DNA of 63,986 nucleotides, filler included, from Reticulomyxa filosa (GCA_000512085.1; 27 parts of 27 records of this genome joined end to end with filler, not necessarily neighbours in it); one strand, 5' to 3'. Positions 23,544 through 37,927 are shown, counted from the first letter of the whole stretch. Numbers and translations are program-made. The notes: generated from the letters alone by a model not told the origin.

Positions 23544-25990
23544 TCAAAAAGATGGCATATACACATTGACAACTCCATCTTGCCCCCCAGTTGCCAAATA
23601 AGGCAGAACATTTGAAAATTGGGCTGTATATACACATCCTTTGTGGATATTCTCCCATTTATATTTGCATTGACAACTACTTACAATATTTTTGTTCTGA
23701 TGTGTGTCACACAAAATATCATTGCCAGTTGCTGATCGCAGAATTCGAAATCCATATCCATAAGGAGTAGCAATGACATTTCCACTACAATCAAAAGCAG
23801 ATTCCTTAATAATTTCATTGTTAATACGCATTTCATTGCCAATCCACATATTTTTTTCCCATATTTTTCGATTTTCCAATTTTTTATTGAGAACATTTAT
23901 TTTCCACCATAAATGCCCAACACTCTTTTCGACATAATAAACACGATCTTTCAAAGTAGTTTGTAGTTCTCGATCCTCACGGGTTAGACGCGCCAACTCT
24001 GCAGCTGAAACTATGTTTTTGATATGTGTTTTGCATCACATTGCAACCTTTTGTTTCTCTTGTTAATGAGAGGAAAATAACATACCAATGTCTTCTTCTC
24101 CGTCACTTGTATCAATTTGAGAATCAGAAGCATATCCATCACTATTAAAATCGCCACAATCAATATCAGTGTTTATAACATTTTCGCTTAATCCATTGTG
24201 TGTATCCTCAAATTCTTCAAACATAAAATTGCGAGGATTAAGCTGAGATGACACATGTCCCATGGAAGGTATGTCGATTCCCATTTCTTCAAAAGAGAGC
24301 CAAACATAATTTAATTGCTTCTCCCCTTTCTCTTTTTCGTCAGAGACTTTGCTATCTTGCATTTTGTCGCTCCATTTTTGGCGCAATTTTGCATAGAAAT
24401 TGGACTGTAATTGCCGCATATCAAACACGGAAATGGTATCGATGGTTTCCGAATCTTCATCCAAGTCAAGATTTTCCAATGACATTTCAAATTGTTTTTG
24501 TTGTAATTGCAAAACTTGTGTTTTTGTAAAAGCTGTTGAATCATCTTCCAAAAACGACATTACAAGTTCGTCATCACTGTCACCAGTCTCAATATCACAT
24601 AAATACTTGTCATTTGATTTCGCAGACTGTTCTAATTCAAATAGCTTTTTGAAGGTACTCCCACGAGATAACAAGTAATCACCATTTGAAGATATCTTTT
24701 CAAAAAAGATGATTTTTTTTTTTAATGGTTTCGTATCATCAGTTTCTACACAGCAAACAAATAAAAGAATAAAATTTGAAATTTAAACCTGAAGTGAAGT
24801 CCGATATTGATTGACGTATTCCAAGACTTCCAAACAGTTGCGATTGCCTTGTAGACCAGAATGGAGGCATTCTTTGGGAAAGGCAAGAAAGCAATTTTGA
24901 GGATTAATATCTGACAGCCTAGTAATACTAGAACTGACACAAGGCATCCCAAAGCGATTAAAATCATAGTTGCAAGGATTAACGGCTCGTGGTTGCTCAC
25001 AATGTTGCAAGAAAGGCAGTACATCCCAGTTATCGATCATCAACAAAGAACCAAAGCTTGCCAAATACATTTGTTTTCGTATTTGGTTGTACTTCATTCG
25101 AATAAAACATCCTTCCAAAAGCTTTTGAACATAGCACATGTTTACAATATCCCAAAGGACAATCGAGGACGGCCACGCCTCTGTTAAGAACATTACATCA
25201 TTTTCCGAATGCACACTGCTGCAACTCATTATATATTGTGAATCAATTATTTCCAGATTTTTCACCCAACCAAGATTGTCGGGATTTCCATCAAACCGAT
25301 GAATCAGCCAAGGTGGATCCTTTTCCTTGCGTTCAGTAGTCCCGCTTAATTTACGAATGTCCACATATGCAATCGTGTTGTCATCTGAGCCACTAAAGAG
25401 CTCATTCTCGTTACGCCAAGTTATGCAATTTGTCGGATTCTCAGTATGCATTTCTGGTTTCAAAAAAATGCAAAAAAAGATAAAATCATCACAATTGTTA
25501 TCACAATTTATTTTATTTTGTTTCACATCCACGCAATTTCGGACAACAGCAAATAATTAATCGCTTGTTATATGTTTAACTGAGTTGCGCATTTTTTGAC
25601 GCCCAGGTAAACGATAGGTGTCCACCAATGTCACTTTGCCGTCGTCGGTTGCTGCTGCCAATACACGACCTTGCTCTGGGGAAAACGTAACAATATACAC
25701 CGGAGAATTGAGAGGAATTGAAGACAGCACGCAATAGTCTTTGCACATACATTCATGGAAATCAGACTGCCCGACATCCGTAACCAACAACAACGTGTCT
25801 TTGCAAGATTATGGTCAAAAAAATGTATTCTGATCCATACCAGTGACGGTTGTTTTTGATGAATGAATTCGCGAGTTGCAATATAAGGAGCTAATGCCTT
25901 CTTTCGCTTCCCATTTAACATTTGTATGAAACGCTGCCCCTTTTCTGTAACAAGTCTGGCAGCTGTGCTACCCCTGCTCGACTGGTTTGC
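23544..25990 (-). CDS. DCAF10: DCAF10/WDR32-like WD40 protein (multi-exon)
   Basis: LFSGSDDNTIAYVDIR, GWVKNLE, IKESAFDCSGNVIATPYGYGFRIL and C-terminal ATGGQDGVVNVYMPSF match the DCAF10 pattern (GWVKNIE; IKELCFSPDGR.I.SP.GYGIRLL; ASG...G.VSLYQPKF). The 5' end is approximate. Confidence 0.75.
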
Positions 25991-28419
25991 TTTTTCTTTT
26001 AGAAGGTTTTGTACATTTCAAGGCGAATATCCCTTTTTTTTGTTTTAAAGAAGGAAAAATGATGTTCATGTTCACGGCAGAATACATGACGTTTTCTTTT
26101 TTCATCCTCCATTATTTTAATACAAAATTTTATGTTTACAACATGTTATTTTGTGCGATGTTGAGTTGGCAATTTGCACAGCGATCACAGACTCCGACCT
26201 TTTTTTTGTCACTAACACAAAGTTTTGTCACTGTAAAGGATAGTTAAATAGTCAAAAACCAAAATACTATTTACTCAACGTTGGATTAAACATAATCTGT
26301 GATGAATAGTATATAATTACATTGTATTTTTGGCTTTTCCAAATCAATATCTACATTTTCTTACTGCTCTTCATTACCTTTCCTTGCGCAATACCATACG
26401 CTCATCTTGACTATCTTCACGTGGATGGTCTCTTCATCATTAGAGTTATCACATATGATATCTCGAGCCTGAGGACTCTTACTCATTGGCGAATGCTTGC
26501 GTTTATATGCATCATTACCACGTTCAATTATAGTATGATTTACTACTATATATACTTTTATCTATAAAAAAAAATCAAAGACAAACACATTACATTGTCA
26601 TTATTATAAGCTGAAAAAGCTTACGAAATATTTGTCACTTTGGTCATGATCATCATTTAGTCAAAATTTCGTTTGATCATTTTTTTTTCAATTGCATTTT
26701 ATTTTTTACTAAATTTTTCTCTTTACTTCGCTTTAGCCAGATGCTTTTGCTTTCAGTGTTTGAACCTGCAATATTTTCGCACACTTGTCCAGCTGTTTCA
26801 CCACTGTTGTCAATGTCAATATCATTTTGAGTTTCAATGAATCGTACACTTTTGTTCTGTTCCAGCAAGTACGTTAACGCGTTTCAAATTGTTTTAATTT
26901 GTGTCCTGATGAATCACAAAATGTGATACAGTCGAATACAACAGATCATTGGAATTAATGTATTATTTAGTTGGATTACGTCGATTATTGATGTCGTCTG
27001 CAACATTATCTTGAGAAAATCATCCACTTACATAAGTGTTAACACTAGACAATGAAGATAGACAAACTCCGACAAAGAATTACCTGTTTGTACATCGTTT
27101 CTTTTTATATGTCCTTTTACTTGATCATTGACTACGCAATCGACACAATGTAATAAGTATACTTATATTTGCATATTCTTTATTCGGCTGTTTTGTTCTT
27201 ATTCTTTGCAACAAACAACATAAATTTTTTTTGTTTTACTAGCTTGAAAAAAAATTATCGAAAATGATGTTTTGTCAACAAATCGGAAATATAAATCACA
27301 TTTGGTGTATATGTAAATACATAACATACAAATTCTAGCTTGTGCTTTCTTATTGATCTGGAATAAGCTACTACTTAACTGAAAATGTAGTGAATTTGCC
27401 ATCAGTGCGGCATTGCACGAGATCAATCTACATTTCAGATATGCAGACAACAAATAAAAAACATTTTTGTTGTCTAAACACAACATTACAAAGACAAAAA
27501 TAAAAAAATTGAACTATATCCCCCCCCACTTTTTTTAAGAAAAGAAAAAAAACAACATATAGCACACGTACAAAGTGATTGCAAAAAAGTATTAAAAGCA
27601 ACGCTGCGAACAATAAACAAAACTACTTCATAATGAAAAAGAAATCACTTTACAAATTTTTTAAAATAAGTTTGATTTCCACAATAAAAATGTAAAGTAA
27701 ATAAAATTAAAAAAAAGTATACGCTGATATATAACGCACTAATTAATTATCGTATATACAACACGCAAAGCATTTCTTGCATACACTTTGGAAGATTATC
27801 AACGCAAAAGCCATTGATTATCTTGCATAATTTTTATTTTGATCTGTACCTGTTACACATTTCATGCAGCACACTTTTTAAAATTTTTCTCATTACCGTT
27901 TGTGATTCTATATGTTATGTATTACTATTTTAGTCTTATTCAACAGAAAAAATTTAAAAAATAAAAACTTGTTGGTAATATGAACTCATTATATTTAAAA
28001 TCGATTTATATTGTTTTTATAAAAACAACAAAGTGTTATCTATGTCAATATGTATAAAAACACTTTGTCACACTTCGACTTCATACATTCATATTGATGT
28101 TGTGATATACTTTGGAGTGTTAGATATTGCTGTTGCTTTCAAAATATTGACAATATAGTGGATATTGTGATTTAACAAATTAATTGTCTCCTGTATATAA
28201 CTTAGATCGTCTTTAATGTCAATATACACAACGTTTGTCTGTCTTTTCTTTGTGCCTCTACTAACAAATTCATGTTTGTTTTTTTCACAACTTTTTTGCT
28301 TCTTTTTTGCTTCTTTTTTNNNNNNNNNNNNNNNNNNNNNNNNNNNNNNNNNNNNNNNNNNNNTTAATTAATTAANNNNNNNNNNNNNNNNNNNNNNNNN
28401 NNNNNNNNNNNNNNNNNNN

Positions 28420-30255
28420 AAAAAAAAAATGTGTTTAAACTCTTCCATTGTCCAATATTCGATTTGATCAAAAAATTTCGCCACAATATGATCACCCAAT
28501 TGCACATCTGTTTCTAAACCTTTCACTCGATTGTTAAACCTGTTCCATCCTAAAATTTGTTCAGCTTCCAATTCTTCTGTTTGGGTAGTGAAATGTTGTT
28601 CACACAACTTGTGAAGTTTATCTGCTAAACGTCTCTTTGCCCACCAATGAGCAGCACATCGAAAATTTTCTGACAACCTCCATTCATTCTATGATTTATT
28701 ATCACTTTTGAACTAATAGTTTATTGCAAAAACAACAACGACAACAACAAACCATGTGTCTTGTATCATAGGCTGACATTTTAGTATCCAAATATTTGAA
28801 AATATTCACCCATTCCTCTCTGTTATTTCTATTAGTCATTTCAACAGTTTTTAAGTCTTCTTCCACCCACTCCTTGACACAATTTTCCAGAATTTGACTT
28901 GGAGTTCCTTTGCTGACAACCCACATATATGAATAGCCCACAGGGATTACAAATTGATTATTTTTTGTGGCGTCAGCAAACGACATCAATTGAGCCTCAC
29001 TCGACGGACAACATCCAGAAATCTGATTCGGTTTAATTATTCCCTCAAAATAAGCATTGTCGAGTTCACGCAAAATCTGATCCAACATTTTTGTAATTTT
29101 ACAATATATGTATATTTATATATTTATATACATATATTTTTAGCAAACATTTTTTTTTTCATTCTCTTCGTTTTGTTCTATGACTAGGTTTTTTTTTTTT
29201 GAATATCTCATCCCACGCTTGTTTAATTTCCATTTCATTTTTACAATGGTTTTTAATGAGTCCATCAGCTACTTTGTCAATCAATATCTCCATCTCATTT
29301 TTGGTGTCCCTTATTTCTTCATCATTACAAATTTGCTCAAATGCAGTAACGCACTCTAATTTGTAATATTCAGAGCGGTTTTCAAAGTCCACTTTATATT
29401 GTTTTATTAAATTTTCTGGTACTTTTTCTTCTTTCATTTTTTGATAAATATTACTTTGAATTTTATTCTTTATTATTTTGAACTCATTGCTCCACTCTTT
29501 CTGGAAAAGGATCACTCGACCCTCTTTTGTGGACCGATTGACAATTGCATTTTCCCTCAATGCACTTACTTTGAAGTGGCTCACGCTCCGTAATCTTTTC
29601 AACTCATCACTGACGCACTCTTGCATCATTTTGTGATAGGCTTGCGACCGGAAATCAGCTGGAGCCAACACATCTTGAAACAACAAAATCTGATCCCACA
29701 TTGCGACCATCATACGTCTCCATTCTTCCATGTTTCGATAATTGTTTATGTCATCGTTTTTATCCAAATACTTGCTGATCTCCTTTCTCAGCTCTAGTAC
29801 TCGTTTCGCAAACTCAAAGTTTGGAGTGCCATTGGAGTTCAATGCCTTGTCAAAGTTATAAGCAAATAAATAAGTGAATAAACATTTATTTATATATTTT
29901 TATGTATTTAATATATTTTTATATATTTAATATATTTTTTTAATGTATTTTATCGTAATTTATAAACGTATTACCGATGGTAAAGGAAACCATAATGGCT
30001 CTCCAATAACATCCTCAATACAGATATTTTTTCTGTTATTCACATAATTTGGAGAGTTTTTTAAACTCTCTTCCAAGTAAGTTCGAATTTGTGCTTTTTG
30101 AGAATCCAGCCATCCGTCCTTAGTGTATTCTGACACATCTCGAATGACAAACACAAATTTGATAGAGGACAAGGAACGACCTTTTTCGTTCCCTAAATTA
30201 AGTTTTTCATAAGCCCATAAAATTACATCTAAACATTGTGCAAATTTACCACTTC
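28420..30255 (-). CDS. VLIG/GVIN1-like very large GTPase, fragment (multi-exon)
   Basis: KFVFVIRDV (G4-region-like) followed by PNFEFAKRVLELRKEI..EWRRMMVAMWDQIL, resembling the post-G-domain segment of VLIG/URGCP/GBP-clade GTPases. The P-loop is not in the contig. Confidence 0.5.
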
Positions 30256-30355
30256 NNNNNNNNNNNNNNNNNNNNNNNNNNNNNNNNNNNNNNNNNNNNT
30301 TAATTAATTAANNNNNNNNNNNNNNNNNNNNNNNNNNNNNNNNNNNNNNNNNNNN

Positions 30356-32100
30356 TTTTTTTTTTTTTTAAAAAAAAAGGTATAAATAATGTTTGTTGGA
30401 AAATGATGATCTCCTTATGTAGTGTAATCAACTGCTAAAGTTATATTGGCATTTCGACTACTGTTGCTATTGTTGTTGCTAGCCTCAATTCGAGACAGCT
30501 GATGTTGATGCTGTTGAAGTTGGTGTTGGTGTTGATGCTGCTGTTGAAGTTGGTGTTGATGCTGCTGTTGATGTTGGAGCTGCTGTTGGAGCTGCTGTTG
30601 GAGCTGGTGTTGTTGGTGTTGATGCTTGAGATTGTTCATGTAGACATACGAATCGCCAATGATATTGGCGTTGCTGCTCTTTTCATTGGAAAGCATGTCG
30701 TTTTGAGAGTGTTGCGACTCACCAATTTCGTCAAACTCGTCGTCCATTTGGTGCGGATGAAAGTGTTTGCCAAAGTGTTTGTGTCGTTGGTTTTGCCTCT
30801 TTCCGAAGTTGCACTGCATTACTACGTTATTTATCGCTCCATACGACAAGGTAGTGATAGCGCGAGCTGCTGCTTCCTCTCTGTTCCGTTGTCATACATC
30901 ACATATTCATATATGTATACATACACATATGTACATATGTAAGAACAAGAAATGCACGTGCATAATACCCATCATCGTTTTCTTCGAAATGAATAAATCC
31001 ATAGCCTTTCAATTTTCTGTCAGAAAAACGAGGCAATGACACTTTCACCACACGGCCAAAGCGTTGAAAAACTTCGCGGAAATCGCTTTCCTTCAAATCC
31101 ATTTGAGTCCCCCTTTTTTTTTTTTTTTTTTTTGAGTTTCCTGTGTGGTGACTAAATTTACTGAACAAACAAACGTAACATGCGTACTATCGAATTGCAC
31201 ATGAACACAATTTCTTTGGGTGTTTGCATCCCCCCAACCAATGCGAATTGGCCGTTGGGTCTGTTGATCCGTTCCAGGGATAGTCAAAAATTTCCCATCC
31301 AACGTGGCTTTGGCTTTTTCCGCGTGGGTGCGATGTTTAAACTTGACAAACCCCTATGTGGACAAAAAAGATTGAAAAGTAAAGTTTATGAAAAGAGTAT
31401 ACGATGGGTTATTTTTGAAAGGAAGAAGGGGGAAAAAAAAATAATAATAATGGTAATATCACTCAAGAACAGAGGAGGGAAGGGAAAGGGCTAAATATAC
31501 AAACATACATATCCATTATTCTTGACAAAGGTATCATCATTGTAAATTGGGCCAAATTGTTTAAATATTGTCTTCAAATGTTCTGCGTCAATTCGTGAGT
31601 CTAAGTCACCCACCTATCATAGTCAAGTATCACACGCATTTTAACAACAGTTCTTAGAAGATATAACTTGCAGCCTTCTACTCCTCCCCCTTTTGCAAAC
31701 AAACAAACAAACAAAAAAGCCTTAACAAATAAGTTGGTATTCTTTTGAGCCCATCCAATACGAATGGTACGACCACCAATTTCCATTCCATGCATGTTAC
31801 GTTTCGCTTTTTCAGCTTCTTCACGACTCTGAACCACAATTCAAGTTGGTTTGTATGTCACAAATAAATATTGGAAAACAAAGCAAATATAAGAACGAAT
31901 ATGTGGCTTCGAAAGTGTACGTTGCATTTTTTTTTTTTAAAATTAAAAAATAATAATAATAATAATAACTTTGAAAGTGACAAAACCATAACCTAAGTTA
32001 TTTTTGGTCACTTTGTCACGTTTGATATCAACATTTTCGACTGCTCCAAATTTGGAAAATATTTCGGCCATTTGTTCCTTTCAAGTATCAACCAATCAAT
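30356..32100 (-). CDS. Multi-RRM RNA-binding protein with poly-Q/H tract (multi-exon, truncated)
   Basis: IFSKFGAVENVDIKRDK, MHGMEIGGRTIRIGWAQKNTNLFV, RPIRIGWG and FQRFGRVVKV..KGYGFIHF (RNP1). Confidence 0.85.
30500..30625. repeat. CAA/CAG/CAC triplet repeat encoding poly-Gln/His
   Basis: Seen directly in ORF 30415-30849. Confidence 0.9.
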
Positions 32101-32267
32101 CATTTTCCCGAGAGTTAGAGACCAAAAAAAGGGGAGAGAGAGATGGGTTATTAAAAAAAAAAAAAAANNNNNNNNNNNNNNNNNNNNNNNNNNNNNNNNN
32201 NNNNNNNNNNNTTAATTAATTAANNNNNNNNNNNNNNNNNNNNNNNNNNNNNNNNNNNNNNNNNNNN

Positions 32268-32270
32268 TTT

Positions 32271-32301
<31 letters not shown>

Positions 32302-32596
32302 TATCGTAACCTTCATTTTTTCGTGTCTCTCGCATATTCGCACTAGTCGTGGTCTTCGCTTTTGATCCTGATCCGTATGCCACGCTTTGAAGGGATTGCG
32401 TAGATGGCGTTTGTGGAGACTCGGCACTCATTGTTACGCTTTGATAGAGGACACTCGTCTCTGATGGTGCTTTCTCACGCGGGGGAGGCACACGCGCTTC
32501 GCCTTTCGCTTGCACTTTTGACACTCTTTGCTCGTTGCTGAGAAGGGGCGCTTTGTCGTTTTTAGGAGCATTTGCCTTCGGAACACAGCATCCCAT
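32268..32596 (-). CDS. Hypothetical protein N-terminus with MGCC dual-acylation motif
   Basis: ATG at 32596 gives MGCCVPKANAPK...; the exon runs into an intron-like poly-A tract. Confidence 0.6.
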
Positions 32597-33298
32597 TTCC
32601 TTAAACAAGTCTTATTGTCGATATTTTTCTGCTTTGCTTGTTTTGGTCTGCCTACCCGTACTCAGTTATGGAACTTTTGGGGTTTCCTCGTATTCAAAGA
32701 AAACTCTAACTCATACAAAAAACCGTTGCTTGCTAAAAAACAGGTCGTGTGCTGTTAACAATATAAACATAGTTGGAATGTTCTGGGTCTTCAAAACAAT
32801 CACCCAAATTGACAAGTACTGTTAGCTGTTGAGTTGGATTTTCCATTATAATTTTTTCTTACATTTGTATTAGAAATTTATAAATATTTTTAAAACATTG
32901 AAAAATACAATTTGCAGGACATTCATTGACAAACTGTAAAAGAAAAATGATTATTCAAAGTTTGCTTTAGATATGCAATTCGGTTTGGATTATCAATTTG
33001 ATTTTTCCATATAGTATTAAAATGATAATATCACCAACTTTTTTTCTTTCCTAAGATACATTACTTTCTTTAGATTAGATTACATATTTTCATAGTTTCA
33101 TTATTTCTTTAATAATTAAGTGAAATTTCAGAAAAGCCTCCAAAAAATTGGAATCTTTCTTCAAAACTTAAGAATATGTTTGACTTAATTGCTTTTTTGT
33201 TGAAATTTTCAAAGAAAGAAAAACACGTGTTGCATTAGTTTTAACGTACCACTGCTAAGTCTTTTTCAGTTTGTCTTGGATATTTTCTATCCTGTCAT

Positions 33299-34026
33299 AT
33301 GTCTTGTACTGTCTCATCTAAGAAACCTTCCTTGGAACGGTTAGTTTTGTAACAGCAAAGAAATTAAAAACGAAAAACTTTGCAAACAGTTGGCAGTACC
33401 CAAACTACGAAAGTTGTTTTTGCGTGTGGTTTCCACCAACAAAAAGCTCAAAAGGAACTCGCGTTCGAGTAAGACGCAAAGTGATGACAAGTATTCCACT
33501 ACAAAAAAAAAAATCTCGAGGACAGCGCAGCATGACGTATTCAAAAAGCCGAGCAAACAGCCAAAGAGCTCGTACAAAAATGGTGGACACGTTAAGCGTG
33601 TTTCCCGATCCAAAGAACCTCTCTTCCTCTCAGCACGTCCAACAAACGCAATCTTCCCAAGACACATCCAAATACAAAACATTGTCACTTTCAGAGGAAC
33701 AGAGTAACGACAACAACAATAACAATAACAATAACAATAGCAATAATAATAACAATAACAATAGCAACACCCGTCACACTACAAAGGACACAGCCACAAA
33801 TAATGGCAAGAATGCTACAATTCCCAATAGCAACACTACAAATAACACAAGCACCAAAGGAAGCTCTGATCGCAAGCAACGAGACGCGACAGGGACATTT
33901 CGAATTACGCCCAATTCAAAAAGCAGCACAAATGATCACGACACCAACCCATGGAATAGGCATCACAATCGAATAGCACCTGTTTCATCTCAAGTCCCAT
34001 TTGCAACTTTGCACCATTACTTGCTC

Positions 34027-34057
<31 letters not shown>
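33299..34057 (+). CDS. Hypothetical low-complexity (Ser/Asn/Thr-rich) protein, 5' part
   Basis: Overlapping ORFs 33390-33707 and 33424-34113 with a poly-Asn tract; exon structure uncertain. Confidence 0.4.
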
Positions 34058-34881
34058 NNNNNNNNNNNNNNNNNNNNNNNNNNNNNNNNNNNNNNNNNNN
34101 NTTAATTAATTAANNNNNNNNNNNNNNNNNNNNNNNNNNNNNNNNNNNNNNNNNNNNTTTTTTTTTTTTTTGTTTTTTGTTTTTGCCAGACTTTGCTCAT
34201 ATTTTTGAAATAACAATTGCCGGCCATTCTCATTGTCGAGCTGTTCTTTGGCTTGTATGATTCGTGCATCGAATACTCTCCATTCTTTCATATCCAGCTT
34301 CTTCTTCATTCCCAACTCTGTCACCATTTCTCCCAACTTCTTGCTGTTTTTCCACAATTCAACAAACTATCCGATTTTTTGTTTATTTTTGTTTTTTTGG
34401 TTTTGGATTTTGCTTTGTTTTGATCTTCTCAACAAACTTACAACATTTCCAACATATTCAAACGCAGCAAACACACACTTTAGCTCTTGTTTATCAAACT
34501 TCAGCAAATCCACTATTTCTTTACATGTTTTCCCTGTTCCTGCCAAAATTGATGCCATTTCAGCAACTTGAATTCTTCAACAAACATTCTGTCAAAGGAC
34601 TTAAAACACTCAGCTCTATACCTGACTTACATTGAATTAACCACAAAAAATTTCGTCTTTTCCTTAAGAAACTGGTTTGCAATTCATATTTTCATTCCAA
34701 TTCGAAGCAAGAAGCAAGACGGAGCTGATAAAGTATTTAAAGACAGCAAACGTAAAAATATCGGATATAAAGAATGGTGTAAACTGTTTTTATATTTGTG
34801 ATCAATTTTAAACTTCGGTTACAGTTTTGTTTTTTCTTTTTTTTTAAAAGAAAAAAATACCTGAACAAACTTTCCTTCAGG

Positions 34882-36922
34882 ATGTTTAATAAAAAAGTCG
34901 GGTTTGTGATTGTGAATTGGTGGACCTTGTGTTTGAGTTTATTGTCTTGTGATCAGTCCACTTACTTGGACAAGCTCAATCCAGTTGTGTTAATGTCAAA
35001 TGTCAGCAAAACTTTACGAAAGCTGACACGCGAAAGGACAAACATACACGCGCACGAACATTGGTTGATAGATTTGGGCTGATTTGGTGTCACAAGGCTA
35101 TACTATCGAGCAAGGGAACTTGACATTTTTATTTAACTCGACAGGTTTTGGCGCGAACCCAGTAAGTTTATATGGAGTATATGACCTTCCAAACACATCA
35201 CCAACATCATCCGCTTCAAATACTCGTTGGATACTTCACCCAACTTCTGCAGTGTTATTTGTGGGATGCTTGCCCCCGCCAATGACATACTACAGGCATA
35301 GTGAAAACTCGGCACAGCATATCCACTACTTTGCAAACAAAAAAAAAAAAGTGCAAGATTTTTAGAAAATCGAAATTTTTTGTTCTTTCCAAAATTTTTT
35401 TTTTTTGGATTGGGTGAAAAGTGTAATACGATTGTCTTTTTTTTTTTTTTTTTTTTAGAAAAAATAAAAAGTTCTTTTTTTGTTTGTTTTGCTTTCTGCC
35501 TTTCCCTTTCAAAATGTCGAACTCTTTTCGAAATTTGATGATGAATAGTTTTCGGTCTTATGTTTTTGCAAGGCATGATAAAGAACCGAAGATATTGTTT
35601 GCTAGTTTGGGCTCTTCACTAAACCATTTACTTATTAACACCAGTAATAGTAGTAGTTGTTTTGACACTCTTGGGGTAGTGGTTCACACCGGAGATAAGA
35701 TGACGCTCCAAGACATTCAAGCGTCTTTTTCGCAACAACAATGGGGCCACGTGCCGTTAAATGTTGACTCAATCCCAAGTGAATATGCTTATTTTACTCC
35801 CAATGATGGTCAAAAACGCACTTTTCAAACAACGGCGAGGAGGGAGGCTCTCACTGTTTGGGATCAGTTTGGAGTATTGTTTCGAGTGGCTTTACCTCAG
35901 AGTAATTTCCAACAAGACTTTATCGACTATGTACAAATGAATCAAACGGTCTGGCATATATATTCCACCACGACCAATGGCAATAGCAACGCGCCCAGAA
36001 TTCCTTATCCACCTTACATTCAAGAAGTACAAACTGGGGTCAGTGAACTCACTGTCCTCGGAAACAACTTCACTATGTACGTATCCAATGTTGTCGAGTA
36101 CTTTGTCCAAAATCTGTCCATGACATTCAATGGCGAATTCCCACTAAACAATACCATGTTTGGACTGCGAAATTATGGCTTTGCTTGTATTGATAACCAG
36201 CTCGATTGTGCAGGAGATAACAGAGGTTATTCATTTTTTTTATTTATAAACACACTACATATCAGTATATAAATATGCATATATTTATATTTATAAAATA
36301 TGTGTATGTGTGTGTTGTTTTTTTTTTGGAATGACCACGAATCTCCGTCCTCTCATTCTCTATGTATCGACGTGTACGTATACAATAAATTGCGAGTTTT
36401 ATAGATGCCATTTACCAAGTTGCAAGAAAACCATTCAATGAGAGTAATTTTAATAACAGTGACATAAATGATTTTACTCTTAGTTACAAACTAACTGACA
36501 GAGATTTGTTCATCACTGCCGGTGTTACTCACAATTATTTTAATAAAACAGTTTATTCCTCACTGGCAGTTTACGTTGAAACTGCTCCTTTCACATTGAG
36601 TTATATCGCTGGGCCAAACTTGGTGTATACACAATGGCTTAACTCTTCCTTGCACTTTCCTCCTAACGTAGGACAAGTAATTGACCCTGATTTGTTGCAA
36701 TACTTTTTCGTTGTTGCCATATGTCGGCCTGAAGTATGCGAGAAATACATGAATAATTTTGGAAATGCTGTTCCTATGATTTCCGTCAGCACTAATGCGC
36801 TGTGTAACGACTGTAAGTGGAGTCCTGTGGAAAGAGATTACCTTTGTGAAAAAAGTAAAACTAGACCTGCTTGGAATGAAATTGTGGGAACCACGCTGTT
36901 GCATTTTACCCTTCCCAATTAA
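34882..36922 (+). CDS. Predicted secreted protein of unknown function (multi-exon)
   Basis: Signal-peptide-like start; exons carrying SAVLFVGCLPPPMTYY / SFRSYVF / ILFASLGSSLNHL, CIDNQLDCAGDNR and VERDYL..KTRP; GT-AG introns. Confidence 0.7.
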
Positions 36923-37207
36923 TCCTTTTTTTTTGTTATCATTTTATTTTTTTTTGCTCCTACGTTGGTGTAATATAAAAATGATTAATTACATATACCA
37001 AGTTGCTGAAGAACTAGAAATCTCTTTTTTTCTTCTGTCGTAGACTTGACCCACTACAAAAAAAAAATCGAGAGAAAAAAAAATTTTGTTCACATATTGA
37101 CCTGCTTTGCCGTAAGACAAGGCAGAAAAGGGAAGAAAAAAAAAATTGTAATGGAAATGTACAATGTATTTTGAGTAGTCAAAAATGGAATAAAAGTATT
37201 AAACAAG

Positions 37208-37927
37208 TCACAATAACAAAATCTTATATAGCAAGACCACAGCAAAAGCAGTGTAATGGAACAAACTGCATGCAGATGAAGTACAAATAATGGTCACGTA
37301 CTCATTGGTAGTAGTGTTACATCCAGAGCTCAATGCGAACAATGTTTGCTTATCGGCATCACATACGCTACTTTCATCATAAGTAATGGTCGCATAGGTA
37401 TGTCCGTCAAGACAGGAGGTTTTGTGGCATTGGTCGTTGTGTCGCTGTCAGTTATGCAGTAATCCGTCACGAAGTAATATTGCGATTGAAATTCAATCTC
37501 GCCTTTGTTTATTTTGTAGTGTATTTGTCTATTGTCGTCTTGTTTTAAGTACGTTCCCCTTTTACAGTTTAAAAAAAAGGAAGTTTATTTTTTTATTTGG
37601 AGTTTTTTTTCAACCTGACTCGTCACATGGATTTCTTCTGTTAATGATTAAGGATCCGCAATCTTGTTTTTCAGTAACGCATTCGTAGGGCTCCGAGGTT
37701 ACCATTTGATTACGGCCCTCGTAAGAATTAGATGGACAGCCCCATCCTGAATATGTATCTAAATACAACACATCGTTGATGCACGTATAGATCAGGGAAA
37801 TCGATACGTTTTCGCTTTCCTCAGAGTTGCACTTGTCCAAAGCAAATCCCATGTAGTGAGCACAGTTATAGCATGTTCCAGTGTTGATGACCAATGCCCA
37901 AAGCGCCCAAAGTAAGACAGAAAACAT
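37208..37927 (-). CDS. Secreted Cys-rich surface protein with hydrophobic C-terminus (GPI-anchor-like)
   Basis: MFSVLLWALWALVINTG signal; regularly spaced Cys; second exon ends ...FHYTAFAVVLLYKILLL*. Confidence 0.6.

Noticed and set aside
26322-28319. Short ORFs in the AT-rich region upstream of DCAF10
   Set aside because: No conserved motifs; probably intergenic or a decayed fragment.
34158-34700. Minus-strand gene fragments
   Set aside because: Coding-like pieces are present, but I could not build a consistent spliced frame or assign a family.
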